A stretch of 64,000 bases of DNA from a virus: positions 1 to 64,000 of IMG/VR virus record IMGVR_UViG_3300009430_000001; one strand, 5' to 3'. The notes under the pieces were generated by a model. The model was given only the letters and a program-made list of their open reading frames with translations, was not told the DNA's origin and searched no databases. Below, piece by piece: positions 35,881-45,596 of this stretch (its first letter is position 1; the number at the start of each line of letters is the position of its first letter). Position numbers and translations under genes: made by a program.

Positions 35881-36801
35881 TCAGAAGCCGGCGTCGTCAA
35901 GCACGGTGTCCGCGGTGGCATCCACGGTGGACAGCTGTTGTCCGGTGGTGTCGTAGTAAGCTTGCTCGCCTGCCACGGCAGCGGAACCAGCCGGCATCAG
36001 GCCATAGCCCTGGAACGCACGCTTGATGCGCTTGACTGTTTCCAGCAGCTCTTCGATCGTGCTGGGTCCGTTGTACCAGCTGTTGTCGGAGAGCTTCATC
36101 CAGCTTTTGCGATCAGGAGTGGGCACGGAGATCTCGAGGAATCGGGCGCGCTTGCCATTCCGCAGATCGATCCTGCACACGTCAAACAGCTGGCGGCTGT
36201 CGTCTTCCGACTGGCAGATCTCCGCCAGCGCGCCAAGGAAGCTGCGCACCGGGCCGGTGACGCCTGTGCTGCCATCGGGGCGATAGCTGACGGCATTGAA
36301 GTTCAGTTCGATGGCACGACCCTCGGTGTCGCTCATCAGGAAGCGCAGCCGATAGTTGAGCGCATAGGATGCATTCTCATCGGCGGGAGTCACCAGAAGA
36401 AGCATGTCCCGGGCAAATCCGATGATCTTGGATGTTCCGCTGTCTTCGTTGGTGGTTCCACCATCATCGGATACCGTGAAATTCACGGGCTTGTTTGCAG
36501 TCGCAGGTGTGACGGGCTGGAAAGGATTCTTGTACGCGCGGATCGGGGTGTGACCGACGACAGCTGCATCGTCCGGCGGCAGCTGGATCACCGCGGCTTC
36601 GGTCGGGGCCAGGGCGGAGGTCTCCTCGACTTGCTCGGCGACTTGCTCGGTGGCTTGCTCGACAGCTTGCTCAGCGACTTCGGGGATGCTCACGATCTCA
36701 GTTTGAACAGTGGTTTCAGTGGACGGCTCGAGCACTTCAGGGCTGAGTTTGGCGGGCTCGCGGGTACGGGTGGCGCGGGTACGGGTGGAATTCGTAGCCA
36801 T
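35881..36801 (-). CDS. Hypothetical protein with acidic ends
   Basis: Glu/Thr-rich disordered N-terminus, globular core, tail DTVLDDAGF. Confidence 0.65.
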   Translation of the reverse strand: MATNSTRTRATRTREPAKLSPEVLEPSTETTVQTEIVSIPEVAEQAVEQATEQVAEQVEETSALAPTEAAVIQLPPDDAAVVGHTPIRAYKNPFQPVTPATANKPVNFTVSDDGGTTNEDSGTSKIIGFARDMLLLVTPADENASYALNYRLRFLMSDTEGRAIELNFNAVSYRPDGSTGVTGPVRSFLGALAEICQSEDDSRQLFDVCRIDLRNGKRARFLEISVPTPDRKSWMKLSDNSWYNGPSTIEELLETVKRIKRAFQGYGLMPAGSAAVAGEQAYYDTTGQQLSTVDATADTVLDDAGF

Positions 36802-36898
36802 TGGAAACAGATGAAGCAGATGAACGCGCTGCCTGTCACGCAGCACAAAGAAAAAAGGCCCCCGTGGAGGGAGCCTTTGAGTGGGAGGGAAAATCAAA

Positions 36899-36915
36899 AC
36901 TTAGACACAACGCGG
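36899..36915 (+). repeat. 17-bp motif, copy 2 (ACTTAGACACAACGCGG)
   Basis: One variant position; intergenic. Confidence 0.85.
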
Positions 36916-36925
36916 AGCGCAGGTC

Positions 36926-37543
36926 TCAGTCTTTGAATCTGTAGTGGTATGGCTTGTAGTGACTGGGATACATCGCATTGATGGGCCCGAGACGTGCATT
37001 CTGTGCCTCAAGCTGCTCGAGGTCACGGCATGCACGTTCCATGGCGCTGTCACTGTCGAGCTTGGCGAGTAGTGGCAAGCAGGGAATGTAGTGCGTTGCG
37101 CCTTGGAATTTCTTGTTGCCATGGCAAATGATCGTGATGCCGCTGGTCAGCGTGTGATAAGCGCCGGTGCGCATGATCAAGCCGCTAGGCATATGGATCA
37201 TGAACAGCGGTTTGCAGATGCGCGTATTGTGGCTGGCATCATCGGGAAAACCTTCAGGCTCAGGAAGCCGTGGGTCGTCATGTGCCACGAGCTCGATGCG
37301 ATAGTCGCGTTGAGCATTGAACTCATCGAGTGGATCGTAGAGATCGCCGCCCCAGCCGACAGCGATCTTGGTCATGTCGTTAGTGTCAAGCTGTTGCTTG
37401 AGGTCTTGCCGGCGATCTAGTTCGATCGCAATGCGACCGAGGAAGTCGCGGTGGTTGTTGGGGAGTCGGGGTTCGATGTAGCTGTTGAGCATGAACTGCT
37501 TGGTTTTCTTGTCGGTGATACGTGATCCACGGACGTTGTTCAC
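36926..37543 (-). CDS. Hypothetical protein
   Basis: GTGA coupling at 37540-37543. Confidence 0.6.
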   Translation of the reverse strand: MNNVRGSRITDKKTKQFMLNSYIEPRLPNNHRDFLGRIAIELDRRQDLKQQLDTNDMTKIAVGWGGDLYDPLDEFNAQRDYRIELVAHDDPRLPEPEGFPDDASHNTRICKPLFMIHMPSGLIMRTGAYHTLTSGITIICHGNKKFQGATHYIPCLPLLAKLDSDSAMERACRDLEQLEAQNARLGPINAMYPSHYKPYHYRFKD

Positions 37544-38088
37544 GTTTCCTCCTGCTTCTTGCGGTCTTCGCTCTCTTGGTGCTTCCATGTGCCCCACTTC
37601 TCGATGTACTCTGTGGCGGTTGGCACGCGCTTCAGCTTGTGCACTTTGCGCCACTGCTCTTCAGTGGTGTCATGGAACTTGGCAGGGCCGCTGATTTCGT
37701 AAAGCTCGAGATCGAGGGTATCTATGCCTGCTTGAATCATCTGCGTCCACGTATTTGTGGGAGTCCAGGCTTGATCGTCTTCGCTCAGGTTGCGTTGCTG
37801 TATCTTGAGCTCTTCGACGTAACCCGTGCGAAGCACGGCCAAGGCCGCTCGCATAATGACGTGAATAACTAGCGCTGGCTGATGTCTGCTGATGCACTCA
37901 CGATAGGTGAAGTTTGTATAATTAAGTTTGTTCTCACAGCGTCTGATTATCGTGATCAGCTCTTTCACTGTGATGATGTCGTGGCGCCAGGCCACGTGCA
38001 GCAGTGCGTTGGCAACGTCTTGGTGAAGCTCAAGCAAATTGTTGTGGGCTTTGCCGTTTTTTTCAATCAGTCGGTTGTAGATGCTCAT
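37540..38088 (-). CDS. Hypothetical protein
   Basis: GAGG SD before ATG. Confidence 0.65.
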   Translation of the reverse strand: MSIYNRLIEKNGKAHNNLLELHQDVANALLHVAWRHDIITVKELITIIRRCENKLNYTNFTYRECISRHQPALVIHVIMRAALAVLRTGYVEELKIQQRNLSEDDQAWTPTNTWTQMIQAGIDTLDLELYEISGPAKFHDTTEEQWRKVHKLKRVPTATEYIEKWGTWKHQESEDRKKQEET

Positions 38089-38117
38089 GTTGCCTCTTGT
38101 GGTTGAAGTGAATCCAG

Positions 38118-38432
38118 TTATTGATTGGCAGGTTCTTGGAGGATGTCAAACAGGCTGGCCCAGCCTTCAACAGAACCGCCATGGTTATTAATTACCTCTT
38201 TGGCCCTGGAGTTGAGTGGATCTATTTGCTGAACCATGAGGAAGTTGATTCCAGTTTGAGCGATTGCTATTTGACGGGCGTATTCGCTTTTACTGCGTGA
38301 CTTGCGCATGGCAAGACTTGTAACTGTTGCTAGTGTGCAATCGACAAGATAGACGAATGCATGCTCGGTCGTGGTAAATTTTTTGGTGCGAAAGATGTTT
38401 TGATCTTTCTCGGATTTGGTGGCTTTTTTCAT
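38118..38432 (-). CDS. Hypothetical phage protein
   Basis: CTLATV..LAM.KSR.K.EY.RQI.IAQ motif; GGAGG SD. Confidence 0.65.
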   Translation of the reverse strand: MKKATKSEKDQNIFRTKKFTTTEHAFVYLVDCTLATVTSLAMRKSRSKSEYARQIAIAQTGINFLMVQQIDPLNSRAKEVINNHGGSVEGWASLFDILQEPANQ

Positions 38433-39142
38433 GCTGCCTCCTGTAGTTGAATGAGTTTCTGGTCGAGTTGTCGTTTCCTGCTGCCGTGGGCGGGGAACGC
38501 GATAATCACATGGGGTGGACGCTTCCAGCACAGGCGACAGCCGACACATTGCGGCGCACGTGGATCAGGTGCCAGCCTGGAGTGGGGGCACAGCACAGCG
38601 CGGTTGCCGCCGGCTGTGGTCCACGCCGTGCGCTTCTCGCCGGAAGGCACGATCAGGACGGCGTGCAAGCCGATCGCCACCGCGGCATCAGCCTGGGCCT
38701 CGAGCTCGAAGCTGAGGTTGATCGTGATCCGATGGCCCAGCAGCGCATCGAGGTGCGCCGGCTCATGTCGCCACTCCCGCCTGTGGGAGTACATGAAGGC
38801 GGGGCGCTTGCCCACGGCTGCGGACAGGGCGCCGAGGAAGCTGCGCACCTGGCCTGGCGTCTCCCCGGGGACGTCCCCTGCGACACCATATCGCAATGGT
38901 GTTGTGGGCGGAAGACGAAAACGGACCCAGTCGATCATTTGGTCGAACTGCATCACGTCTTTGCCGATGCCGGCGCTGTAGTTGTCCCAGTGCCATGCCA
39001 TGTAGCCCTGGTCGTGATAGCAGGTGCCATCATTCAATGGACAATCGCTGGGGCATGTGTTGCGGCTGGCGGTGATGGCAGCGATTGGGCCCAGCTTGTC
39101 GTTGTTGGTGGGGTACTTGCAGTGGAAGAAGTATTTGGTCAT
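38429..39142 (-). CDS. Gp88-like Cys-rich (possibly Fe-S) phage protein
   Basis: N.K.G......TCP..CP....CY, R..VAGD, YSH, INLS.E, CP...C..C.LC, FPAHG. Confidence 0.7.
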   Translation of the reverse strand: MTKYFFHCKYPTNNDKLGPIAAITASRNTCPSDCPLNDGTCYHDQGYMAWHWDNYSAGIGKDVMQFDQMIDWVRFRLPPTTPLRYGVAGDVPGETPGQVRSFLGALSAAVGKRPAFMYSHRREWRHEPAHLDALLGHRITINLSFELEAQADAAVAIGLHAVLIVPSGEKRTAWTTAGGNRAVLCPHSRLAPDPRAPQCVGCRLCWKRPPHVIIAFPAHGSRKRQLDQKLIQLQEAA

Positions 39143-39149
39143 GGTTTGA

Positions 39150-39383
39150 TCAGTATTCACCAGGAAACAGCACAATCTCGACTGGATAGCGGATCTCGCC
39201 TTTGTCATTGATCTCCACATCGTAGGGATCGCCAACGACGAATTCGCTTGGCTTGAGTCCAGCTCGAAAGAGCTTCTGCTCAACATCACGCATGATGCTG
39301 TGCCAGTCGGGTTCGGGATTCCAGTATTCCGGCGGCTCACTTGGTCGTGGGTCGCGGAACTGGCGGGGGTCGGTGGTAGCCAT
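39150..39383 (-). CDS. Hypothetical protein
   Basis: Chain position. Confidence 0.55.
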   Translation of the reverse strand: MATTDPRQFRDPRPSEPPEYWNPEPDWHSIMRDVEQKLFRAGLKPSEFVVGDPYDVEINDKGEIRYPVEIVLFPGEY

Positions 39384-39462
39384 GGAAGTGATGGAAAGTG
39401 GGTGGGGACTTATATGCCGTCAGAGCGCTTACAGTTGGCCAGCGACGGCAATGCCCCGGGGA

Positions 39463-40443
39463 TCAGGCCTTGATGCCGGCGAGTTCGCGGCAGAAGTCGC
39501 GAGCGACTTCGATGCGGCCCTTGTTGACTCCGAATAGCACGCGGCTGAACTTCTTGATGGCGTTCTGGCCGCTGGGGCTGGTCAGCACCTCAGTGACGGC
39601 ATTGAAGCCGTGCCAGGCGGTGCCGCGGACTCCAGGGATGTCGGTGCCGAGGCCGGTGGTCAGCGCTTCGACCATCGGGTTCCAGTCCCTCAGGTCCTCG
39701 AGCGTCTTGGCACGCACCGGCTTGCCGTCAGCCATGATCGGCCGGGCCAGCTCGGGGGCGTAGACGCGCTTGAGCATTTCGCGGAAGGCCTCGGTGTTCA
39801 TCCTTGTTTCCGCGAACAGGTGGTAGTCCTGGACTTCGTCGTTGAAGGACTCCGTGGCGACATTGATGCTCTTGATCAGTCGCGTGATGTCGCTGTTGAC
39901 ACCTTTGCGGTGGGCCAGGCTGCGCTGGTTCTCGCTGCACATTGCAACTTGTAAAGTATTGCAACAAACCACACGCGTATCGGTGTAGAGAGTGCCGACG
40001 CCAGTCTTGCCATCGTGGCCGAGGTAGCCGACGATGTAGCGCTCGATCTTGTCGTTGGCGAGTACGTTGTCTTCCAGGCCTTTGATCAGGCCAGTGAAGG
40101 CGACCTTGCGGCCTTCGTCGAGCACGACGAAAGTGTCGAGGATGATGTGGTCTTGAATGGCTTCAGCCATCTCGACCAGGCGCTCATTCTGCGCGACCTC
40201 GTACTCATGCCCGGCAACGCCGAGCAGTTCGCCGGTGGTGCCGTGGATCAGGGCGCAGCGGTTGGCTTCGTGGGTCTGGTCGTCCCAGTTGTAGAACAGG
40301 GGCTTCTTGATGACTTCGTAGTTGGCTTTGGCCATCTCGTAAGCCTGGCGGGGTGTGATGGTGATGTCATTGATGCAGAGCTCTTCGCCGTGCCAGGAGC
40401 GAATGCCGCGATTGGTGATTCCGGATTGGAAGTAGCTACCCAT
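39463..40443 (-). CDS. DUF932 family protein
   Basis: WHG, LGV....Y...QN, HDG, T.TRVVC.NTL, H, GTAW..FNAVTE. Confidence 0.85.
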   Translation of the reverse strand: MGSYFQSGITNRGIRSWHGEELCINDITITPRQAYEMAKANYEVIKKPLFYNWDDQTHEANRCALIHGTTGELLGVAGHEYEVAQNERLVEMAEAIQDHIILDTFVVLDEGRKVAFTGLIKGLEDNVLANDKIERYIVGYLGHDGKTGVGTLYTDTRVVCCNTLQVAMCSENQRSLAHRKGVNSDITRLIKSINVATESFNDEVQDYHLFAETRMNTEAFREMLKRVYAPELARPIMADGKPVRAKTLEDLRDWNPMVEALTTGLGTDIPGVRGTAWHGFNAVTEVLTSPSGQNAIKKFSRVLFGVNKGRIEVARDFCRELAGIKA

Positions 40444-40557
40444 TTTCAGGAAGAATGCAGGTTTGGAAGGGGGTGGTGAATGCCCGTGTGGGCAATGAAG
40501 AAAGGCCCCCGCATGATGCGAGGGCTAGGAATCAGCGCAGCATCAGCTGCATGACAT

Positions 40558-40785
40558 TCAGAGCGACAGCGACTGTAAAGCCAATTTCGAGTAGGTCCCG
40601 GTAGCGTGCAGCTCTCTGATGATGTTCGCGGCGCGATTCAAGTCCACGTACTGTGTTGCCTCCCTTGGGTCGTTGACGTGCTGAATGCCGTTGGGCGGCA
40701 ACGTCGATGAAGAAGGAAGGTGATTTGCCTTGAGGAAGGACGCGGAGTCTTGATCCAGAATGACGAAGCGGCATGAGCGGTGCAT
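40558..40785 (-). CDS. Hypothetical protein
   Basis: V.DPREATQY pattern; between hairpins. Confidence 0.5.
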   Translation of the reverse strand: MHRSCRFVILDQDSASFLKANHLPSSSTLPPNGIQHVNDPREATQYVDLNRAANIIRELHATGTYSKLALQSLSL

Positions 40786-40817
40786 GGGGTGGATGGGATG
40801 TCGGGTCGATTGTACGA

Positions 40818-41102
40818 TCAGGCAGACGCTACGGCAAGTCCATTGTAGTGGACTGAAACACTGTGTCCTGCGTCTGTAGTCGCAAGCACAGTTGATAGGT
40901 TGTTCTCGTTGGCGAGGTAGGAAGCGTGCATTTCCATGGCATGGAGCAGCTCAGCTTCGCTGGCGGCTTCGAATACGTAGCTCTCGAGTAGCAGGTTGTT
41001 GATCGGATCTTCGAAGCACACGTGAACCGTGGCCGGTCGCTTGACTGAGCGCACGGTGCTGTTGATCTTGCTGGCAGACGGAATGCGAAGTTCGCGAGAC
41101 AT
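40818..41102 (-). CDS. Hypothetical protein
   Basis: ATG 28 nt downstream of hairpin 41130. Confidence 0.6.
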   Translation of the reverse strand: MSRELRIPSASKINSTVRSVKRPATVHVCFEDPINNLLLESYVFEAASEAELLHAMEMHASYLANENNLSTVLATTDAGHSVSVHYNGLAVASA

Positions 41103-41180
41103 GGGTCTCATGGCGAAGGACGCAGAACAAAGGCCCCCGTGGAGGGACCACGGGAGCCGGAGGGTTCTGTGTTTAGTCGG

Positions 41181-41197
41181 ACTTAGACACAATGCGG
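41181..41197 (+). repeat. 17-bp motif, copy 3
   Basis: Exact ACTTAGACACAATGCGG. Confidence 0.85.
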
Positions 41198-41265
41198 AGC
41201 ATCGGCCGGGGGATCAATCGTCGGGCGGCTCCAGGACCAAGTGGAAACGAAGCCGTGACGATCAA

Positions 41266-41562
41266 TCAGCGGGAGTGTAAACGTCGTCGTCGTTGTGCGC
41301 GGTCGAGTGCTTCGCTCGTTTCCAGGATTGGAGCTTCGCCGCGCTGGATCTTTTTTCCAGCTAGCACACGCTCGAGTTGATGGCGCGGGATGCGCTTCCA
41401 GTCGTTCTCGTGTTTGACATAGAAGTCAACGCGATCGATTCGCTTTGTTCCGCGGCTGTAACGAAAGATTGACGTCTTGATCTCAATGTTGTCGATGATG
41501 GTCTTTTGAGATTCACGCTTATCAAGCGTAATGGCCTTGAGATCGTCGAGGGTGAGTGTCAT
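41266..41562 (-). CDS. Hypothetical protein
   Basis: ATGA coupling. Confidence 0.55.
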   Translation of the reverse strand: MTLTLDDLKAITLDKRESQKTIIDNIEIKTSIFRYSRGTKRIDRVDFYVKHENDWKRIPRHQLERVLAGKKIQRGEAPILETSEALDRAQRRRRLHSR

Positions 41563-42311
41563 GAGGCGGATTCGTCGTTGGTGTACTCCGATGTCCAATA
41601 CAGGAAGTCGTCACGCTTCTGCACGGGCATGATGATGAAGCGCAGAGACACGTCGCCCCAGGGCTTTTTGGTCTTGGACTTCATCTTTTCCCAGCTTTCT
41701 GAATTTATGCCGGAGCGGATCTCCATGGGCATGATGCTGGAGCTGAAGGCGAACTGTGGATGCTTGGCCTCCAGCTTGATGATGATCTCATTGATTACCT
41801 TCATGTAGATCGGATCCCAGAGAATGGGCCGCAAAGCGTTCATCGAGTAGTGACAGGGGAAGATGTTATCGAATGCTTGTACGGTTGGGAATGCGTAAGT
41901 CGCTGGGATCGGCTCATGCGCCAGGCGCGCGTTCTCAAGGAAGATCGTACTGATCTTGCCTTCGTCGTTGAATGCGAGAACAGCGGCGTCATTGGACATC
42001 CACTTTTCGAAGACCTTGAAGTGGATCAGGAGCTCGGGGATCTCCTGGAAATCACCGGGAGTGTGATCACTGAGGCCTGCTCTCAGCGCAACATGGCCGT
42101 TGGTCGCTTCGATGTAGTAGCACTCGAGCGTGGCATCTGAGCGGATGCGCACGAATTCGAGTGCTTCTATGCCCAGGGGTTTGGCGAGCTTGGCGATTTG
42201 TGAAGCGGCCCAAAGCAGGGCGGTGGGCAGGCGCAGCGTACCGCCGGCCGCGGAAGGAGTGTCAGGCACGGTGTGAATGACGGTGGAACCGTAGCTGATG
42301 ATGAGAATCAT
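41559..42311 (-). CDS. DNA polymerase III beta-clamp-like protein
   Basis: IEATNGH.A (cf. ATDGHRL), ..FP...D.IFP, D..YM, IIMP. Confidence 0.55.
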   Translation of the reverse strand: MILIISYGSTVIHTVPDTPSAAGGTLRLPTALLWAASQIAKLAKPLGIEALEFVRIRSDATLECYYIEATNGHVALRAGLSDHTPGDFQEIPELLIHFKVFEKWMSNDAAVLAFNDEGKISTIFLENARLAHEPIPATYAFPTVQAFDNIFPCHYSMNALRPILWDPIYMKVINEIIIKLEAKHPQFAFSSSIMPMEIRSGINSESWEKMKSKTKKPWGDVSLRFIIMPVQKRDDFLYWTSEYTNDESAS

Positions 42312-42520
42312 GGGTTTTCAAAAGTAAATTGCTTGGCAATTCCCGATTCGCCACACTCTATGCACTCGATGTAGCTGTTTTCGTTGAAGTTTAGGTCTCC
42401 TCCACACACGTCAGAGCCATTGTCATACATCAGCACGAGTGTGCTGACTTCAATGCGAAATGGCTCTTCGTTGCCGCACTTGGGGCAGCGTATGCCGGCA
42501 AGACAGTTGGTGTTGGTCAT
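42308..42520 (-). CDS. Zinc-ribbon protein
   Basis: NTNCLAGIRCPKCG...CIECG. Confidence 0.65.
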   Translation of the reverse strand: MTNTNCLAGIRCPKCGNEEPFRIEVSTLVLMYDNGSDVCGGDLNFNENSYIECIECGESGIAKQFTFENP

Positions 42521-42723
42521 GAGTGGTCTTCAACGGATTTAAGGAATTCGATCGTTCGAATTTTGGGCCATGTGGCCAGTGCTGTGAGCCTGGCGGTTTC
42601 TTGGTTGTCTCCGGCTACCCATACGCGATCACGCATGGGGCAGCCGAAGACATCTTCGATCAGGACGTCGAAGACGTAGTAGGTGGTGGTTTCAGGTTTC
42701 ACGGGCAAGACGCTGGTGGGCAT
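42517..42723 (-). CDS. Hypothetical protein
   Basis: ATGA coupling. Confidence 0.55.
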   Translation of the reverse strand: MPTSVLPVKPETTTYYVFDVLIEDVFGCPMRDRVWVAGDNQETARLTALATWPKIRTIEFLKSVEDHS

Positions 42724-43123
42724 AAAGCCTGTAGAATGGTTGAACGGATCTCAGGCCTCCTGCTTCTGAAATACGTTTGATAAGGCCAGAACCTCCTTTG
42801 TGCTTTTGTACTTCATGGATAGATGGGATCTCAAGCGGATAGATGTTGCAGGACTTGAGAAAGTCGTAGATTTCTTCGTAGAATCCAGTGGGATCAAGGT
42901 CTTTGTTGGGGCCGTGTCTGCCGCTGAGGTATTCTGCGGTTGGCATGTAATGCTTGGGCAGTAAATCAGGATGATGGCAGATGAGATAGAGGATCAGGGC
43001 GCAGTCGAGCTCCATGGATGGGCTGCGACGGTCGCGCTGGGCGGCCTCTTCCAGAGCCGTAATGAGATCGGCTGGTGCGGTCCAGTTGACGCGCGGCCGA
43101 TTCCCGCGGTCGCCGGTGCTCAT
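42692..43123 (-). CDS. Arc/RHH-like N-terminal DNA-binding protein
   Basis: RVNW..P.DL..ALEEAA..DRRSPS. Confidence 0.55.
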   Translation of the reverse strand: MSTGDRGNRPRVNWTAPADLITALEEAAQRDRRSPSMELDCALILYLICHHPDLLPKHYMPTAEYLSGRHGPNKDLDPTGFYEEIYDFLKSCNIYPLEIPSIHEVQKHKGGSGLIKRISEAGGLRSVQPFYRLYAHQRLARET

Positions 43124-43320
43124 TGCTTCTCCTCCGGCATCCAGGGATCGGCATCGGCGCGGGCTTCAGCTTCGGAATCGAAGGGCCCGCTCATCTCGCC
43201 GTCAGGCAGGCAGCTGGGAAAGCAGGCTTGCCAGTACCAGTCAATGTCGGAAAAGAGCGTGAATGTTTCGTAGGAGCCGAAGCTTTCACCGCTTTCGTTA
43301 TGGAATTGGTAGAAGGTCAT
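43120..43320 (-). CDS. Conserved small phage protein
   Basis: WYW..CFP.CLPDGE..GPFDSEAEA..DA motif. Confidence 0.7.
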   Translation of the reverse strand: MTFYQFHNESGESFGSYETFTLFSDIDWYWQACFPSCLPDGEMSGPFDSEAEARADADPWMPEEKQ

Positions 43321-43556
43321 CGTTGCGATTGCCTCCAGCGCTGGGTTTCGCCGGGATTCTCTTCGTAGAGATGCCGCCATTCGTCGGATCCACTGACGAG
43401 GTGTTCGTCAAGCAGAATGCGAAGCGCGCAGTCGAACGCTTCACTGGCGCTCAGCTCACGGCCGTTGGGTCCCTTGATCGGGAATGTTCGGCAGTACCGC
43501 AAGCGGCGTGCGGCGTTGTAGAGCGAAGCGGTGGGATTGGGGGTGGATAGGGTCAT
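43317..43556 (-). CDS. Hypothetical protein
   Basis: ATGA couplings on both sides. Confidence 0.55.
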   Translation of the reverse strand: MTLSTPNPTASLYNAARRLRYCRTFPIKGPNGRELSASEAFDCALRILLDEHLVSGSDEWRHLYEENPGETQRWRQSQR

Positions 43557-43960
43557 GGCAGATAGCTCTGATAGCGGTTGGCGTTCCCGACGGCGTGCTT
43601 GAGGGCTGAGGCGAATGCCTCGGCGATGGGCTGGGGTACGTTGAGCTCGAAGATGTCAACTTCGCCTTTGTCTTCGAATATGGGTTCGTGGTGCGGGCTC
43701 AGCGGTGCGCGCCAGAGTTTTTCGCCTTGCATCCAGTAAGCAAAGCCTGTTGGCTTGTGTACCAGATACGATTGCGGATCGCGGCCGGTGCAGTCTTCGT
43801 CAGGGCAGTGGTTTTGGAATTGATGAAGTTGCTTGAGGGTGAGCTCGGTGTAGACGCGGCTGCAGTGGGGGCAGTGAAAGTAGCTGCCCTTCTTGTCCAT
43901 TAAGGCTATGAATCGGCTGCCAAGACGAATGTCGTTTGGCGTGATGGCGGGTTCGCTCAT
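43553..43960 (-). CDS. Zinc-finger hypothetical protein
   Basis: CPHC...CPDEDC. Confidence 0.55.
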   Translation of the reverse strand: MSEPAITPNDIRLGSRFIALMDKKGSYFHCPHCSRVYTELTLKQLHQFQNHCPDEDCTGRDPQSYLVHKPTGFAYWMQGEKLWRAPLSPHHEPIFEDKGEVDIFELNVPQPIAEAFASALKHAVGNANRYQSYLP

Positions 43961-44012
43961 GACCATGCAGTGGAGATTTCGCCGTAAGGGGCGGGGTGGT
44001 AGGTGGGGATAC

Positions 44013-44207
44013 TCACGGATTTTCTTTGGCGAGGTGTGAGCGCAAGTCGACGACGGCCCAACCGGCTTCGATGAATTCATCTCGAATCCGGTCGGCCTCT
44101 ATGGAGTGACAGAGACTGCTGATTCGCTCAGAGTCGCCTTTGAACTCCATGAGTAGCGTGCAGTAGCGGCCCGTCGCGGTGGGCGGAATGATGATGACTG
44201 TGTTCAT
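44013..44207 (-). CDS. Hypothetical protein
   Basis: Chain position. Confidence 0.5.
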   Translation of the reverse strand: MNTVIIIPPTATGRYCTLLMEFKGDSERISSLCHSIEADRIRDEFIEAGWAVVDLRSHLAKENP

Positions 44208-44226
44208 GGCTTAGGTAGCAATGGAT

Positions 44227-44484
44227 TCAGATCGGTTCGTTGCAGAGGCCCGAGTGGTCTTCGTAGATCGGCTCTTCGTTGTCTGCCGTCGGGTTGCCGG
44301 CCTCTTCGTCGCGCTCGGCGTCGATTTCGGCCCATTCGATCCAGATGTACGCCTGGATGTACGCGGTGCCTTCGGTGCGCTGGATTTCTGGGTTGTCCGG
44401 GACGCTGATGCAGCGTCCTTCGAGGGCTCGAGCTCGATTGATGAGCTCCTGGTCGCTGATGTCGCTGCGGATCTGGTTGGCCAT
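44227..44484 (-). CDS. Acidic hypothetical protein
   Basis: GTAYIQAYIWI motif. Confidence 0.55.
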   Translation of the reverse strand: MANQIRSDISDQELINRARALEGRCISVPDNPEIQRTEGTAYIQAYIWIEWAEIDAERDEEAGNPTADNEEPIYEDHSGLCNEPI

Positions 44485-44656
44485 TGGCGGGCGAGGCGGT
44501 CAGAGAGTCGATGAATGAAGCAGCCAAATGCGTATCTGGCTGCGATGGTGAAGGCGATGGCATGAGCCAGGCCGCGGGCCAGGGCCTCGAGCCGATGCTC
44601 GAGATCCCAGGTGCGGTAGGCTCGCCACGCCTCGAGGGGCGTGAGTTGCATGGCGA

Positions 44657-45115
44657 TCAGATGAGGTTGAGCAGGGTGAACCAGGAGTCCGGGGCGTCCG
44701 GTTCTACGGAATCGCCGTCGGGATTTTCGATGACGGAATCGAGCGACCATTGGTCGAACTCAGCTGATGCTGGGATCGGCATCCATTGGCCTTTCCAGTA
44801 CATGCCGAAGATGCGACCTGCTTCGGTTTTGAAGCAGGCCACATCGCCACTGGTGTGCAGTGGCCTGTTGGTTTCTGGATCACGAAGCCGGGGCTTGCCG
44901 GCTACGATGCGGCTGAGGCGAACAATCGGCTTCCCGGTGTTCGGGTTCCGTCGTCCGGTGGGGCGAATCGTGGGCTCGGGCTGGAATTGCTCGGCGTCGC
45001 CGTAAAGGTTGCGGTACTCGAGCATGAGTCTCTCGCCGATGGTGGGCGTGCGCTTGTCAAGAAGTTGCTGGATTTCTTTTGTCATTTCGTTGCTAGCTGT
45101 TTCTTTTGTGTTCAT
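44657..45115 (-). CDS. Hypothetical phage protein
   Basis: C-terminal DSV.E.PDG..VEPD..DSW..LL.LI motif. Confidence 0.65.
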   Translation of the reverse strand: MNTKETASNEMTKEIQQLLDKRTPTIGERLMLEYRNLYGDAEQFQPEPTIRPTGRRNPNTGKPIVRLSRIVAGKPRLRDPETNRPLHTSGDVACFKTEAGRIFGMYWKGQWMPIPASAEFDQWSLDSVIENPDGDSVEPDAPDSWFTLLNLI

Positions 45116-45345
45116 TGGTCGTCTTTGAACAGCATATGAGCAGGAGGCTCTGGCTTTGTGCGCCAGAGCTTGCTGTGAGTGGCTTGATCGATCAAGCCAA
45201 TCCTGTAGTGGCGGAGGATCCAGTTATCCCACAGCTCGCGAAGCTCGATTGTGGGCTTGAGACCGCGTTGCAAGAGAAACTCGAGATATTCCAGGAAGAA
45301 TTTCTCGACTTCTTCAGCGGTCATCGGGGTGGAGTGAAGGTTCAA
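45112..45345 (-). CDS. Hypothetical protein
   Basis: Coupled chain. Confidence 0.55.
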   Translation of the reverse strand: MNLHSTPMTAEEVEKFFLEYLEFLLQRGLKPTIELRELWDNWILRHYRIGLIDQATHSKLWRTKPEPPAHMLFKDDQ

Positions 45346-45596
45346 GGGTTTTGTCGCTCCAGTCGGATGGGTGATTCGGAGGAGAAGACGCAGCAGATGA
45401 CAGCGCCACAGCCGTTCTCGTCGTTCATGCGTTCCTCGATCTCTTTGGCGGTGTGGCCGTTCTCTTCGAGTAGGTGCCGAAGCATGCTTGTTGTTGCTTC
45501 GTCTTCGGTGCAGGAACCGAACACATGGCCGGTGTCTTCGTCGTCGAACAACACACGGCCCGTGACGGCCCAGTAGCGGATGGGCTTGTCAAACAT
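45342..45596 (-). CDS. Hypothetical protein
   Basis: WAVTGR...DDEDT...S.SPI motif. Confidence 0.6.
   Translation of the reverse strand: MFDKPIRYWAVTGRVLFDDEDTGHVFGSCTEDEATTSMLRHLLEENGHTAKEIEERMNDENGCGAVICCVFSSESPIRLERQNP

Noticed and set aside
44211-44651. 146-aa ORF fully overlapping 44227-44484
   Set aside because: Its N-terminal ~55 aa may be real, but the Ser/Thr/Arg tail looks like off-frame readthrough; not called with confidence
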